DNA from: Candidatus Margulisiibacteriota bacterium
GTDB lineage: Bacteria > Margulisbacteria > WOR-1 > O2-12-FULL-45-9
NCBI GenBank assembly: GCA_034723395.1
Contig: JAYEOW010000004.1
Location: forward strand, 41,375 to 105,374
Direction: 5' to 3'
DNA: 64,000 nucleotides
In this document: positions 19,850 to 29,959 of the stretch, one piece after another
How the letters are laid out: each line of letters starts with the position of its first letter
Position numbering within the stretch: position 1 is the first letter of the stretch
Program-made: the position numbers and the translations under genes
The notes under the pieces: model-generated
What the model was told of the DNA's origin: nothing
Seen by the model: the letters and a program-made list of their open reading frames with translations, nothing else
Database searches by the model: none

Positions 19850-21016
19850 ATGAAATCACAAGTCGCCATCGTCGAATGCCCCGATTACAATCAGGATAAA
19901 GTTGACGCTGCAGTTAAAGATGGTCTTCAATTGATCGGCGGTCTCGATAAATTTATTAAACCCGGCCAAAAGGTTCTATTAAAAGTCAATGCCTTAATGG
20001 ATTCATTCCCGGAAGCCGCCGCCACCACCCACCCCGCGCTAGTTTCTGCCTTGACCAAAGAAATTGGTAAAATCGGAGCAAGTGCCTTTGTGGGCGACAG
20101 CCCGGGGAATGCGTCCGCTAACATCGCGAAAACAATGGAAAAAGCGGGCTTTACCAAAGCGGTCGAAGAGGCCGGCGGCGGTATATTGAACTTTCAACGC
20201 GCAAAAATCGTTGATATTAAAAGTCCCAGCAATAATAAAAGGATCAAAAAGGTTAAAATATGCCAGGCAGTTTTGGACGCGGATGTGATCATAAATCTGC
20301 CAAAGTTAAAAACCCACGGCTGGACCCTCTTTACCGGTGCGATTAAAAATATGTTCGGGATCGTCCCCGGGTTTTTTAAATCTAAATATCATATCATCGC
20401 TCCGCAACCGCATGAATTCTCAGAATCATTGGTCGACATCCTAGAGGTCACTAAGCCAACATTAAATATTATGGATGGGATTATCGGCATGGAAGGGCCC
20501 GGCCCATCATCCGGACAACCGAGATCAATGGGAGCCCTCTTCTTTTCGGAAGATGCAGTGGCAATGGATGCGGTCTGCTCTGAAGCAATAAACTATCGTC
20601 CTTTTGATATCGATACTACCAAAATTGCCCATCGGCGAGGGCTGGGAACCGGTGATTTGAAAGAAATTGAGATTGTGGGATCCCCGCTGGAAGCTATAAA
20701 AAAATCTGACTGGAAACACGCCTCTAATACTTATAGCTTGACCAAGCGGATCCCCAGCTGGCTCAATTGGATATTCAGGCCGGTAACAAAACTGCTCAGG
20801 ATCGATCCGGTAATTGATCAGGAGAAATGCGAAAAATGCCTGATCTGCGTTGAAAATTGTCCGGCAAAAACGATCCATTTTGAAAATAATATCGTAAAAA
20901 TAGACCTTAAAAATTGTATTATGTGCTACTGCTGCTCCGAACTCTGCCCTTACAAAGCGATCAAATTAAAAAGAAGCTGGCTGACAAAAAAGATGGGATT
21001 CCCGGCTCCAGAATAA
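19850..21016 (+). CDS. DUF362 protein with C-terminal 2x[4Fe-4S] ferredoxin domain
   Basis: VLLKVN, TTHP, NLPKLKTH, TGAIKNMFG, DGIIGMEGPGP; CxxCxxCxxxCP twice. Confidence 0.9.
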   Translation: MKSQVAIVECPDYNQDKVDAAVKDGLQLIGGLDKFIKPGQKVLLKVNALMDSFPEAAATTHPALVSALTKEIGKIGASAFVGDSPGNASANIAKTMEKAGFTKAVEEAGGGILNFQRAKIVDIKSPSNNKRIKKVKICQAVLDADVIINLPKLKTHGWTLFTGAIKNMFGIVPGFFKSKYHIIAPQPHEFSESLVDILEVTKPTLNIMDGIIGMEGPGPSSGQPRSMGALFFSEDAVAMDAVCSEAINYRPFDIDTTKIAHRRGLGTGDLKEIEIVGSPLEAIKKSDWKHASNTYSLTKRIPSWLNWIFRPVTKLLRIDPVIDQEKCEKCLICVENCPAKTIHFENNIVKIDLKNCIMCYCCSELCPYKAIKLKRSWLTKKMGFPAPE

Positions 21017-21068
21017 GCCATTCTACTTTAGAATTGATGCCAGATCTGCTATAATTTCAGCTTCAGCA

Positions 21069-22169
21069 ATGCCAAAATATGACATTATCATTGTCGCCAA
21101 CAGTCCTGGAGAGCTCTCCGCGCTGGTAAAGCCGGTAGCCGAAACCCTGCATAAAAAAATAGAGGACGCCCGGCTAATCCTGGTCCTAACCCCCTGCCAG
21201 TACACCAGCGGGAAAGAGATCGAATATATAAAAACGATCCGCGGAATATCTGGAGTCATCCCTCAAGAAGAATATTCTAAGTGGATCTTACGTAGCAATA
21301 AGCCGAAAATAAATTTTAATGCGAAGGGCATCGTACTCTATCTTGGCGGCGACCTCGCCCACGCTATTTTAGTTTCGAAAAAAGTTAAATATCCTGCCTA
21401 CGCTTATGTTCAGGACCGCACCGGATGGAATGGATCGTATAAAAAGTTCTTTATCCCGGATGCAAAGGCCAAAAAGAAGCTGAAGTTAAAAAAGAAAGTG
21501 AAGATTGTCGGTGATCTTATGGTAGATTCGATCGAGACCATGAAAAAATGGGCACCCAAGAAAAACGTGATCACCTTTCTCCCCGGCAGCCGCAGCTGGC
21601 AGATAAACCATACTACACCGATCTATAAAAAGATTATCGAACATATCAGGGCAGAAATGCCGCAGATCAATTTCCAACTGGTCAGCTCCCCGTTTATAAA
21701 AGCTAGGCCGATCAAAGGGGTAAAAAGAGTCGGGCTGGATGAGGTTTACAACTCGGAGCTGGTGATTACAATTCCAGGGACAAATACGGCGCGCTTAGCC
21801 GCGCTGGGAATGCCGATGTTGGTTGTCTTCCCATTAGATAATTCAGATATTATCCCGCTTGAAGGATTGCCGCATTATATCGGAAAAATCCCTTACATTG
21901 GATTGAAATTTAAAAGGGCGCTGATCGATACGTTAAACAAAAAGATCAAATACTTCGCCTTGCCGAATATGAAAGCAGACCGGGAGATCACCCCCGAGAT
22001 CCGGGGAGTTGTCGATCCGGCGATCGTCGCCTTAAAAGCAATCGCATTATTGAAAGATTATGACCAGAGAAAGAAGATGTCGGAAGACCTTAAAAAGGCG
22101 ATGGGAAAACCAGGCGCGGCAGAAAAAATAGCGGAGGAGATAGATGAGGCTTTACGCAAAACTGCTTAA
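21069..22169 (+). CDS. Lipid-A-disaccharide synthase (LpxB)-like glycosyltransferase
   Basis: NSPGE, VGDLM, FLPGSR, PGTNT, ALPN motifs; heads a lipid A export/acylation operon. Confidence 0.72.
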   Translation: MPKYDIIIVANSPGELSALVKPVAETLHKKIEDARLILVLTPCQYTSGKEIEYIKTIRGISGVIPQEEYSKWILRSNKPKINFNAKGIVLYLGGDLAHAILVSKKVKYPAYAYVQDRTGWNGSYKKFFIPDAKAKKKLKLKKKVKIVGDLMVDSIETMKKWAPKKNVITFLPGSRSWQINHTTPIYKKIIEHIRAEMPQINFQLVSSPFIKARPIKGVKRVGLDEVYNSELVITIPGTNTARLAALGMPMLVVFPLDNSDIIPLEGLPHYIGKIPYIGLKFKRALIDTLNKKIKYFALPNMKADREITPEIRGVVDPAIVALKAIALLKDYDQRKKMSEDLKKAMGKPGAAEKIAEEIDEALRKTA

Positions 22170-23934
22170 ACATTTAAGGCCATATATCCCGCAGGTTATC
22201 GGAGCAACAATCTGCACCGCCCTGGTGGCCGGATGTACGCTAATGATCGCCCCCTTAGCCGGCTATATTTTTAAGGTGATCGAGGAAAAAGAGGTCAGCA
22301 TGCTCAATCTAGCCGCCCTGGGGATGATCGGACTGTTTTTTTTAAAAGGGATTTTTACTTATGGGCAAGAATATCTATCTTACTTCGTTGTCCACCGGAT
22401 AATTGTCGACCTTAGGAACCGTGTATACGAACATTTACAAGATTTATCGCTTGATTTTCATATGAAATGGAACACTGGAGAACTGGTCTCACGGGTAATG
22501 AACGATATCCAGATCCTTCAAACCACCCTTTTCAGCAGTTTTGTCACTATTGTCCCCCACTCATTTCTCCTGACCGGGTTGATCGTTTACATCTTCTGGC
22601 TTAATTGGAGACTGGCGCTTTTAACTTTTATCGCATTCCCTCTGATCGTCCAGGTGATCCGTTATTTTGCTAAAGAGATCCGGGAGATCAGTGAAGGGAT
22701 ACAACAGAAAGCAGCCGACATTACTTCTCACCTCGAAGAAACCCTCTCTCAAATAAAGGTTGTTAAATCTTTTTCTATGGAACAGAAGGAGATCGACAAA
22801 TTCAAAGGTGAGACCGAAAAATCGTTTAAAATAAATATGAAAGCGGTCCAGATCCTCGCCACCCAAAATCCGGTGGTAGCACTGCTGCAAACCACCGCGG
22901 TGGTTGCGATCGTTTGGTTTGGAGGGGTGGAAATAATTAACGGGAACCTTACCGTGCCGCAACTCATCTCATTTGCCACCGCTCTGGGGATCATGACCGA
23001 TCCGGGGAATACTTTAAGCAAGGCATACAGTATCCTCCAGCAAGGGATGGCGTCGATCAAACGTATATTTGAAGTGATCGATATATCCCCAACGATAAAA
23101 GATGATAAAGGGGCCAGGGATATCGGGAAGATCAGCGGCCAGGTCGATTTTAAAAATCTCCATTTCGCCTATGAAAAAGACGAGGTATTGAAGGGGATCG
23201 ACCTTTCGGTCTCCCCCGGCGAGATTGTTGCATTGGTCGGCCGTACCGGAGCGGGAAAAAGCACCCTGGTCAGCATGCTCTTCCGTTTCCACGATCCATC
23301 AAAGGGTGAAGTCTTAGTTGATGATAAGGATATCAGAAAAATAAAGATCGAATCGCTCCGTAAACAGATCGCGGTCGTACCGCAGGAGATCGCCCTCTTC
23401 CGCGGGACAATTAAGGATAACATTGCTTATGGAAAGGATAAGGCCGGTGATGACAAGATCATCAACGCAGCTAGATCAGCTAATGCCCATGATTTCATCA
23501 AAAAACTCCCGGATGGTTATGATACCGAAGTCGGCGAGCGCGGAACCAAGCTTTCCGGCGGGGAAAGACAGCGGATTGCGATCGCCCGTGCTATTCTTCG
23601 CGACCCTAGGATTTTAATTTTAGACGAGGCCACCTCTTCGCTGGATGCCGAGACTGAAGCGTTAATCCGGGATGCGTTAGAGAGGTTAATGCAAGGAAGA
23701 ACTACCTTTATTATTGCTCACCGCCTTTATACCGTAGAAAAAGCTGACCGCATTGTCGTTTTGGAGAAAGGAAACATCGCTGAAAGCGGATCACACCAAG
23801 AGTTGTTAGGAAAAGATGGGCTCTACAAGCGCCTTTACGAGATCTCCCGAGGTTCCGATTTCATCGGAGCTCGGGATCCCGCAACACATAATAATATAGA
23901 TGATAAGGAAGCGGGACAATTCAAGAATAAATAA
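22144..23934 (+). CDS. msbA: MsbA-like ABC exporter (TMD+NBD)
   Basis: Walker A GRTGAGKST, LSGGERQRIAIAR, ILDEATSSLD; 6 TM helices; lipid A gene context. Confidence 0.75.
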   Translation: MRLYAKLLKHLRPYIPQVIGATICTALVAGCTLMIAPLAGYIFKVIEEKEVSMLNLAALGMIGLFFLKGIFTYGQEYLSYFVVHRIIVDLRNRVYEHLQDLSLDFHMKWNTGELVSRVMNDIQILQTTLFSSFVTIVPHSFLLTGLIVYIFWLNWRLALLTFIAFPLIVQVIRYFAKEIREISEGIQQKAADITSHLEETLSQIKVVKSFSMEQKEIDKFKGETEKSFKINMKAVQILATQNPVVALLQTTAVVAIVWFGGVEIINGNLTVPQLISFATALGIMTDPGNTLSKAYSILQQGMASIKRIFEVIDISPTIKDDKGARDIGKISGQVDFKNLHFAYEKDEVLKGIDLSVSPGEIVALVGRTGAGKSTLVSMLFRFHDPSKGEVLVDDKDIRKIKIESLRKQIAVVPQEIALFRGTIKDNIAYGKDKAGDDKIINAARSANAHDFIKKLPDGYDTEVGERGTKLSGGERQRIAIARAILRDPRILILDEATSSLDAETEALIRDALERLMQGRTTFIIAHRLYTVEKADRIVVLEKGNIAESGSHQELLGKDGLYKRLYEISRGSDFIGARDPATHNNIDDKEAGQFKNK

Positions 23935-24782
23935 TGGTCATTTTTTTAAATATTTTACAACTTATTTTTAGGATCATCTTTTTTCTTCCAGCAGGGATCG
24001 CCTTAGCGATAATGAATTTTTGCGCTCTCCTGACTTATTATGTTGTCCGCGTTACCCCGCTTAGAAAAAATACGGAAAATAATATTAAATTAGTCCTCCC
24101 TCATGCCGATTCAAGAACGATCGCAGATAAACTATTAAAAAATACAAGTTATTCTATCTTTGAGATTCTTTGCATCCCCTTCTTTAAAAAAGAGCATTTT
24201 CACAAGAAAATCCGCTGGCATGGGGAACGTCATTTAAAAAACGGAGCGATTATCCTTACTATGCATGCCGGGAATTATGAATTAATCCCCTCTGCACTTG
24301 CACACCTAGGGCATAAAACAACCACTGTGCTGCGGGCAACTGATGATCCACTTTTTAAGATCGTTAATCGTAGTCGTAGCCATGGCGGTGCAAAATTAAT
24401 TAACACCCTTGAAGAAGATATGTATAAAGGATCATTAAAGGCATTAAGCGAGGGGGAGCTTGTTTTTCTTCTGGCAGATACCGGAGCACTTGAAAGCCGC
24501 CACGAATTTTTTGACTTTCTCGGCAAAAAGGTTCCCGTGGCCACCGGATGGTTAACCTTAGCACAGCGTGCTGGTTGCCCGGTTATCCCTACCCTTACTG
24601 GGAGAGAAAACGGCAAAAATTTAATCGCCTTTTTTGATCCAATTTATATTACCAAAGAAAACCGTGAAGCTATGATGGAAAAAACAGCAAAAGTTTTTGA
24701 AGATTTTATTAAAGCCAATCCCGAAAGCTGGGCGCTATTTCTTAACACCTATGAAACAAAAAGGATGGTGGAGGGAAAATGA
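23934..24782 (+). CDS. Lipid A late acyltransferase (LpxL/HtrB-like LPLAT)
   Basis: HAGNYE catalytic motif, LLAD, FLGKKV. Confidence 0.82.
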   Translation: MVIFLNILQLIFRIIFFLPAGIALAIMNFCALLTYYVVRVTPLRKNTENNIKLVLPHADSRTIADKLLKNTSYSIFEILCIPFFKKEHFHKKIRWHGERHLKNGAIILTMHAGNYELIPSALAHLGHKTTTVLRATDDPLFKIVNRSRSHGGAKLINTLEEDMYKGSLKALSEGELVFLLADTGALESRHEFFDFLGKKVPVATGWLTLAQRAGCPVIPTLTGRENGKNLIAFFDPIYITKENREAMMEKTAKVFEDFIKANPESWALFLNTYETKRMVEGK

Positions 24783-26353
24783 TGGAAAATGAAATACCAA
24801 AAATAAAAAATAAAAATTATGGAATAATTATTTTAATTATTTTGGCTAGTGTTCTTTTTCTTTTCCAATTGGGGTCTTTCTCCCTTTACGATGCGGCGGA
24901 AACAACTTACGGAGAATTCATCAAACAGATCCATCTAACGGGTGATTGGATAACAATGCACTACAATGGGGAGATAATATTCGACAAACCTCCGCTCTAT
25001 TTTTGGCTCGCCAGCCTGGCGACCCTCCTTTTTGGTTTTGGAGAATTCGCCATCCGCTTTCCGGCGGCCATCGCGGGAATATTTACAGTAGTTACCACCT
25101 ATTTTCTTGGAAAAACGTTTTACAATCAAAGGACCGGCTTCCTTTCGGCGATCATAGTAATGACCACTTTTCAATTCTTGATCCAATCACGCATTGCCGA
25201 GATCGACATTCTGCTCACCCTGCTGATCACCCTCGCCTTCCTATTCTTTTGGTACGCTTATCAAAGCGGTAAAGCCTATTTCTATTGGCTTTTTTATGTA
25301 GTGATGGCCCTCGGATTGCTGGCCAAAGGGATTATCGGGATCGCTATCCCCGGTTTTGCCATATTTTTATTCTTACTTTTTAAAAAAGAATTGGGAAAAA
25401 TATGGGAAATGCATATACCGGTGGGAATTTTAATAACGCTATTGATTGGAGCCCCTTGGTATATCGCCGAAGGCTACTTGCATGGCAAAGTATTTCTCGA
25501 CTTTGTTATCGGGTTTTTATTTATGTCGCGTTTTGGCGGAGTGGTCGCCGGCCATCCCGGCCCGTGGTTCTATTATTTCCTGGCACTATTGCTCGGCTTT
25601 GCCCCCTGGTCTCATTTCCTCCCCTATGCTTTCGTTAGAACATTTAGAAAATGGCAAGAGTCACCGGCGCTTCTATCGCTCTGCTTTATTATTCCAGTAT
25701 TAATTATTTTTTCAATAGCTAAAACCAAACTACCAAACTACATTTTCCCTCTCTATCCCTTTCTTGCGATCATGGTCGGAAAACTTTGGGATGATTTCCT
25801 AGGAGAAGAGCGGGACAAGATGCGTTCGGGAATGTCTCTCGCCTATATTATCTTCGGCATCATCGTCGCACTGTTAATTATCGGATTTACTATCCTGGGA
25901 ACCTCAAATTATTCAGTTGAATACCATGAATTACTCCCCAGCCTCTCTCTTCTCGGGGGGATATTGGTTGGAAGCGCAATCTTTTCATTCGGACTATACA
26001 TTTTCCAGCAATATAAACTTTCATTCGCACTTATTCCAATCATGCTTTTTGCCATAACCTTTATTCTAACCACCCAAACCCTCCCTTTTGTTGAAAGGTT
26101 TAAAGGATCAAAGGATTTAGGGCAAAAGGTAAATGAGTCTATTGAAAAGAATGAATATATCGCAGCTTATAAGATCGGGAACCGTCCTAGTGTTGTTTAC
26201 TACAACTTAAAACCGGTTGTTTTCCTAGAAAACGAAGAGCAAGCTAAATTGTTCCTTAAAAATAAAAGTGGATATCTTTTTACAACCGAGAAAGAATTAA
26301 AAAAACATGGAAAAGTGTTTGCAGAAAAAGGTAAATTGATCGTAATCAGATGA
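24779..26353 (+). CDS. ArnT/GT83-like membrane glycosyltransferase (GT-C)
   Basis: FDKPPLYFW, AIRFP, LAKG, TKLPNYIFP; multi-TM. Confidence 0.85.
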   Translation: MMENEIPKIKNKNYGIIILIILASVLFLFQLGSFSLYDAAETTYGEFIKQIHLTGDWITMHYNGEIIFDKPPLYFWLASLATLLFGFGEFAIRFPAAIAGIFTVVTTYFLGKTFYNQRTGFLSAIIVMTTFQFLIQSRIAEIDILLTLLITLAFLFFWYAYQSGKAYFYWLFYVVMALGLLAKGIIGIAIPGFAIFLFLLFKKELGKIWEMHIPVGILITLLIGAPWYIAEGYLHGKVFLDFVIGFLFMSRFGGVVAGHPGPWFYYFLALLLGFAPWSHFLPYAFVRTFRKWQESPALLSLCFIIPVLIIFSIAKTKLPNYIFPLYPFLAIMVGKLWDDFLGEERDKMRSGMSLAYIIFGIIVALLIIGFTILGTSNYSVEYHELLPSLSLLGGILVGSAIFSFGLYIFQQYKLSFALIPIMLFAITFILTTQTLPFVERFKGSKDLGQKVNESIEKNEYIAAYKIGNRPSVVYYNLKPVVFLENEEQAKLFLKNKSGYLFTTEKELKKHGKVFAEKGKLIVIR

Positions 26354-27102
26354 AAACCTACCTGGTCATACCGACCTATAACGAAGCGGGGAATATCGAA
26401 GCGCTGTTAAAAGAGATCAGAGCGCAAAATATTCCAGATTTAACACCAGTCGTAGTCGACGACAATTCGCCCGATGGGACAGCTAAGCTTGCCGAAAAGG
26501 ATGCAAAGGTAATTCTTCGCACAAAAGATCGCGGTAGAGGGTCGGCCGGGATTGAAGGTTTTAAGTACGCTCTCAAGGAAGGAGCGGACTATATCATCGA
26601 AATGGATGCCGACTTTTCCCATCATCCGAAATATTTGAAAGATTTGATCAAGCCGATGGATAAATACGACATTGTTTTAGGCTCACGTTTTGTAGAGGGC
26701 GGAAAAGATCTCGACCGGGGAATTGCCCGAAAAGTGGTCACGACCTTTGCCAGGAATTATATCAAATGGATGTTGGGCATAAAAATAAATGACATAACTT
26801 CGGGTTACCGATGTTTTAGAAGGAAAGTTTTGGAAGCGATAGATCTCGATCATATGATCTCAACCGGGCCGTCTATCGTAAGCGAAATCCTCTACAAAGC
26901 CTCGCTTAAAGGGTTTAAAATATATGAGGCCCCGATTATATTCGAGGATCGTAAAACGGGGGAAACTAAACTAAATTTTAAGATCCTTCTAAAGACCTTA
27001 TATATGATCTATAAATTTAGAAAAGCTTGGCCCGACGCTAAAAGCGTCGGTTCCAAAAAAGAAAAGGAACCGACAATTTCATTGTCGGGACAAACAAAGT
27101 AA
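26350..27102 (+). CDS. Polyprenol-monophosphomannose synthase-like GT2
   Basis: IPTYNEAGNI, VDDNSPDGT, MDADFSH, GSRF, DITSGYR. Confidence 0.9.
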   Translation: MKTYLVIPTYNEAGNIEALLKEIRAQNIPDLTPVVVDDNSPDGTAKLAEKDAKVILRTKDRGRGSAGIEGFKYALKEGADYIIEMDADFSHHPKYLKDLIKPMDKYDIVLGSRFVEGGKDLDRGIARKVVTTFARNYIKWMLGIKINDITSGYRCFRRKVLEAIDLDHMISTGPSIVSEILYKASLKGFKIYEAPIIFEDRKTGETKLNFKILLKTLYMIYKFRKAWPDAKSVGSKKEKEPTISLSGQTK

Positions 27103-28178
27103 TGAAAAAATTCCTTTTTATCTCCAACGGCCATGGAGAAGACCTGGTAGCAGCCGAGATGATCAAAAAACTCGAAGGCAGGGTAGAAATGTCGGTCCTC
27201 CCCGTAGTTGGAGAAGGAAAAGCTTTTAACGGACTTAAAGTAAACATTCTTGGGCCGCGAAAAGAGCTCCCCAGCGGGGGCTTTTCACTGCGTAATATAA
27301 AATATTTGGCCAGCGACCTTTTTTACGGCCTGCTGGGAAATACCGTCAACCAGGTAAAGATCCTTAGAAAATATAAAGGCAAATTCGACCAGGTTATCGC
27401 CGTTGGGGATATTGTTTCGATGATCGGCGCTAAAATGGTAAAGTCCCCTTTTGTCTTTGTCGGGGTTAATAAATCGAGTTATTACAAGTCGTTCGGTCAT
27501 GATTATACCCCCTGGGAGAAATTTCTCTTGAAAGACCATGCATTAAAAGTTTTTGTCCGCGATAAATTCAGCGAACAGCGGTTGCGCACCCACGGGATCA
27601 AGATCCCGCAGGCAGTCTATGTAGGAAATCCTCTAATGGATTGCATTGGTAATACGGTAGTTCGTAGTGCAGGAAAATCTAATACGGTTACGATCGGCTT
27701 TCTCCCCGGCACTCGTGAAGACGCGCGCTTAAACCTTGAAGATTTTAAGGAAATAATCGAAGAGATCATCAAAATGAATAGAGAAGAGATCGAATTTAAA
27801 TTCTTGGTCGCGACCAAAGAGAAAAACGTTCCGATCTATATGGAGAACAGGCCTTTCGCCGAAGTTCTTGCAGAATCCGATTTAATCGTCGGACTTTCCG
27901 GAACAGGCAATGAACAAGCGGCTGGATCTGGAATCCCGATCGTCTCTTTTTATGGAAGAGGCTCACAGTACACCAAGAAATTTGGCGAAGCACAAAAACA
28001 ACTTCTCGGTGAGTCACTCTCTCTAGTCAGAAACCAGGACCCGATCCCAGTCGCCGCCGAAGTTTGGGAATTACTGCATAACCCTACTCGTATGAAATAC
28101 ATGGGGAAGAAAGGGAGAGAGCGAATGGGAAGCCCCGGCGCGGTAAAAAAGATCTCAGAGTTCTTACTTATTATCTAA
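27102..28178 (+). CDS. Lipid-A-disaccharide synthase-related protein (TIGR03492-like)
   Basis: LFISNGHGED, LPVVGEG, LPSGGF, AVGD, GNPLMD, LPGTR, GTGNEQAAG. Confidence 0.8.
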   Translation: MKKFLFISNGHGEDLVAAEMIKKLEGRVEMSVLPVVGEGKAFNGLKVNILGPRKELPSGGFSLRNIKYLASDLFYGLLGNTVNQVKILRKYKGKFDQVIAVGDIVSMIGAKMVKSPFVFVGVNKSSYYKSFGHDYTPWEKFLLKDHALKVFVRDKFSEQRLRTHGIKIPQAVYVGNPLMDCIGNTVVRSAGKSNTVTIGFLPGTREDARLNLEDFKEIIEEIIKMNREEIEFKFLVATKEKNVPIYMENRPFAEVLAESDLIVGLSGTGNEQAAGSGIPIVSFYGRGSQYTKKFGEAQKQLLGESLSLVRNQDPIPVAAEVWELLHNPTRMKYMGKKGRERMGSPGAVKKISEFLLII

Positions 28179-29269
28179 TGAAAATCGTCTGGATCATGCC
28201 TTCAAAAAGGATCGGTGGCGGCGTTCGGGTGATCTTTGAATACGGTAACCGGTTAACCGACCTTGGACATGAAGTAATCCACATCGCCCCCTTCGAACAG
28301 TTCCCCTACCCGCTCAACTGGTTTAAGCGATTAGAGCTTAAATTAAGAGAGAAGATTTATTACAAATTAAAGCTCGGGAAAACAAAACCTTTTGAATCAA
28401 AACCGAGCTGGTTTCCGTTAAAAGCAAAACTGATAGAAGTACCGGACCTCTCGGCAAAATATATACCTGATGCAGATATAGTTATCGCTACCGCGTGGGA
28501 CACGGTGGAATGGGTAAATACCTACCCTGCTTCCAAGGGGAGTAAGTTCTATTTTGTTCAACATTATGAAACCTGGGCGGGCCCTAAAAAAAGGGTCGAT
28601 CAAACCTACAAACTAGCATTTAAAAAGATCACTATCGCCTCCTGGCTGACAAAAAAGATGGAAGAGTTCGGCGAAAAAGTTTACGCTACCATCAATAACG
28701 GGATAAATCTAAAACAATTTTACAATAATAACAAAAAGTATAATGGTCCCCGCCGGATCGGGATGCTCTACCATGGGGCGGAATGGAAAGGGATTAAAGA
28801 TGGGCTGGAGGCCTTCTCGATTGCGCAAAAAAAGTTCCCGCAAGTAACATTAGTTATGTTTGGCGTCAAGAAAGAAGAGCGAAAGGTGCCGATCCCCGAT
28901 TTTGTCGAGTTTTATCAAAATCCTCCTCAGGATAAAATAAGGGATATTTACTCTTCGCTCGACATTTTTCTCTCTCCCAGCTGGACCGAAGGCTTTGGGC
29001 TCCCCGCGATGGAGGCAATGGCCTGCAAATGCGCCGTAGTTTCGACCGATACCGGAGGAATCAACGACTTCACGATAGCGGGTAAAACTGCCCTCATCTC
29101 CCCTCCACGCAATCCGGAAGCGCTGGCCAAAAACCTTGTCGCTCTTCTAGAAAACGAGGAAAAATTAAAACAATTTTCCGAGGCAGGATTCGAACATATT
29201 AAAAATTTTAGCTGGGATAGAGCGGCTAAAAAACTCGAAGAGACCCTAAAAAACAACTACCGCAGGTAA
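28178..29269 (+). CDS. GT4 glycosyltransferase
   Basis: GGGVRVI, ATAWDT, EGFGLPAMEAMAC. Confidence 0.9.
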   Translation: MKIVWIMPSKRIGGGVRVIFEYGNRLTDLGHEVIHIAPFEQFPYPLNWFKRLELKLREKIYYKLKLGKTKPFESKPSWFPLKAKLIEVPDLSAKYIPDADIVIATAWDTVEWVNTYPASKGSKFYFVQHYETWAGPKKRVDQTYKLAFKKITIASWLTKKMEEFGEKVYATINNGINLKQFYNNNKKYNGPRRIGMLYHGAEWKGIKDGLEAFSIAQKKFPQVTLVMFGVKKEERKVPIPDFVEFYQNPPQDKIRDIYSSLDIFLSPSWTEGFGLPAMEAMACKCAVVSTDTGGINDFTIAGKTALISPPRNPEALAKNLVALLENEEKLKQFSEAGFEHIKNFSWDRAAKKLEETLKNNYRR

Positions 29270-29940
29270 TCTTTCCACTTCTCCTGGAAACGCTGGCCAT
29301 TTTTAGTATACAATTCTTTCCAGTTTGGAAGCTTGCTTCCCGCGGTCCCCTTGCTCTTATGTTTGACTAATACTCTCTGATCGATATAAATATTCAGACC
29401 TGCCGCCCAGGTCTTAAAACAAAGATCAAGATCTTCTCCCCCGGCGATCTCATAATCCTCTGAGAATCCGGAAAGTTCATCTTTTAGGATGGACAATTTC
29501 GAAAAAATTGCTACGCCTGAAGGGCACTCTTTATTAAACGGCGGCAGTTTTATAATTTTTCTTCCCGGCCACCAGCGCTCGGCAATCTTCATCCCTTTTG
29601 TATAGCACGGATAGACTAAGCCAGATTTAGGATCAGCAGAGAAGGTTTCGGACAACTTCTCAAACCAATTTTTTGGAAATTCGGTATCGTTATTACAGAT
29701 CGCGATATATTCTCCAGAGGCTAAGGCCATCCCCTTATTAAAGCCATGCGCAAATCCCGTATTCTGATCAAAAAAGTGGTATTTGTCCGCGTTTTTCTTA
29801 ATAAAGTCTTGAGTCCCGTCACTGCTCCCGTTATCAACCATGATCAGCTCGTGGGAAACCGATGTATTTTTCCTTATGCTCTCAACGAATTTCTTCGTCA
29901 GCTCCAATCCATCCCAAGTTAAAGTAACAACACTTAACAT
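29257..29940 (-). CDS. GT2 glycosyltransferase
   Basis: Start re-assigned to ATG 29940 (MLSVVTLTW); [26 protein letters not shown]. Confidence 0.85.
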   Translation of the reverse strand: MLSVVTLTWDGLELTKKFVESIRKNTSVSHELIMVDNGSSDGTQDFIKKNADKYHFFDQNTGFAHGFNKGMALASGEYIAICNNDTEFPKNWFEKLSETFSADPKSGLVYPCYTKGMKIAERWWPGRKIIKLPPFNKECPSGVAIFSKLSILKDELSGFSEDYEIAGGEDLDLCFKTWAAGLNIYIDQRVLVKHKSKGTAGSKLPNWKELYTKNGQRFQEKWKDYLR

Positions 29941-29943
29941 TTC

Positions 29944-29959
29944 TGCTATAATTATAGCA
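29944..29959. promoter_or_regulatory. Perfect 16-bp palindrome forming two overlapping divergent extended -10 promoters
   Basis: TGCTATAATTATAGCA reads TGcTATAAT on both strands; the divergent ATGs are at 29959 and 29940. Confidence 0.75.
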
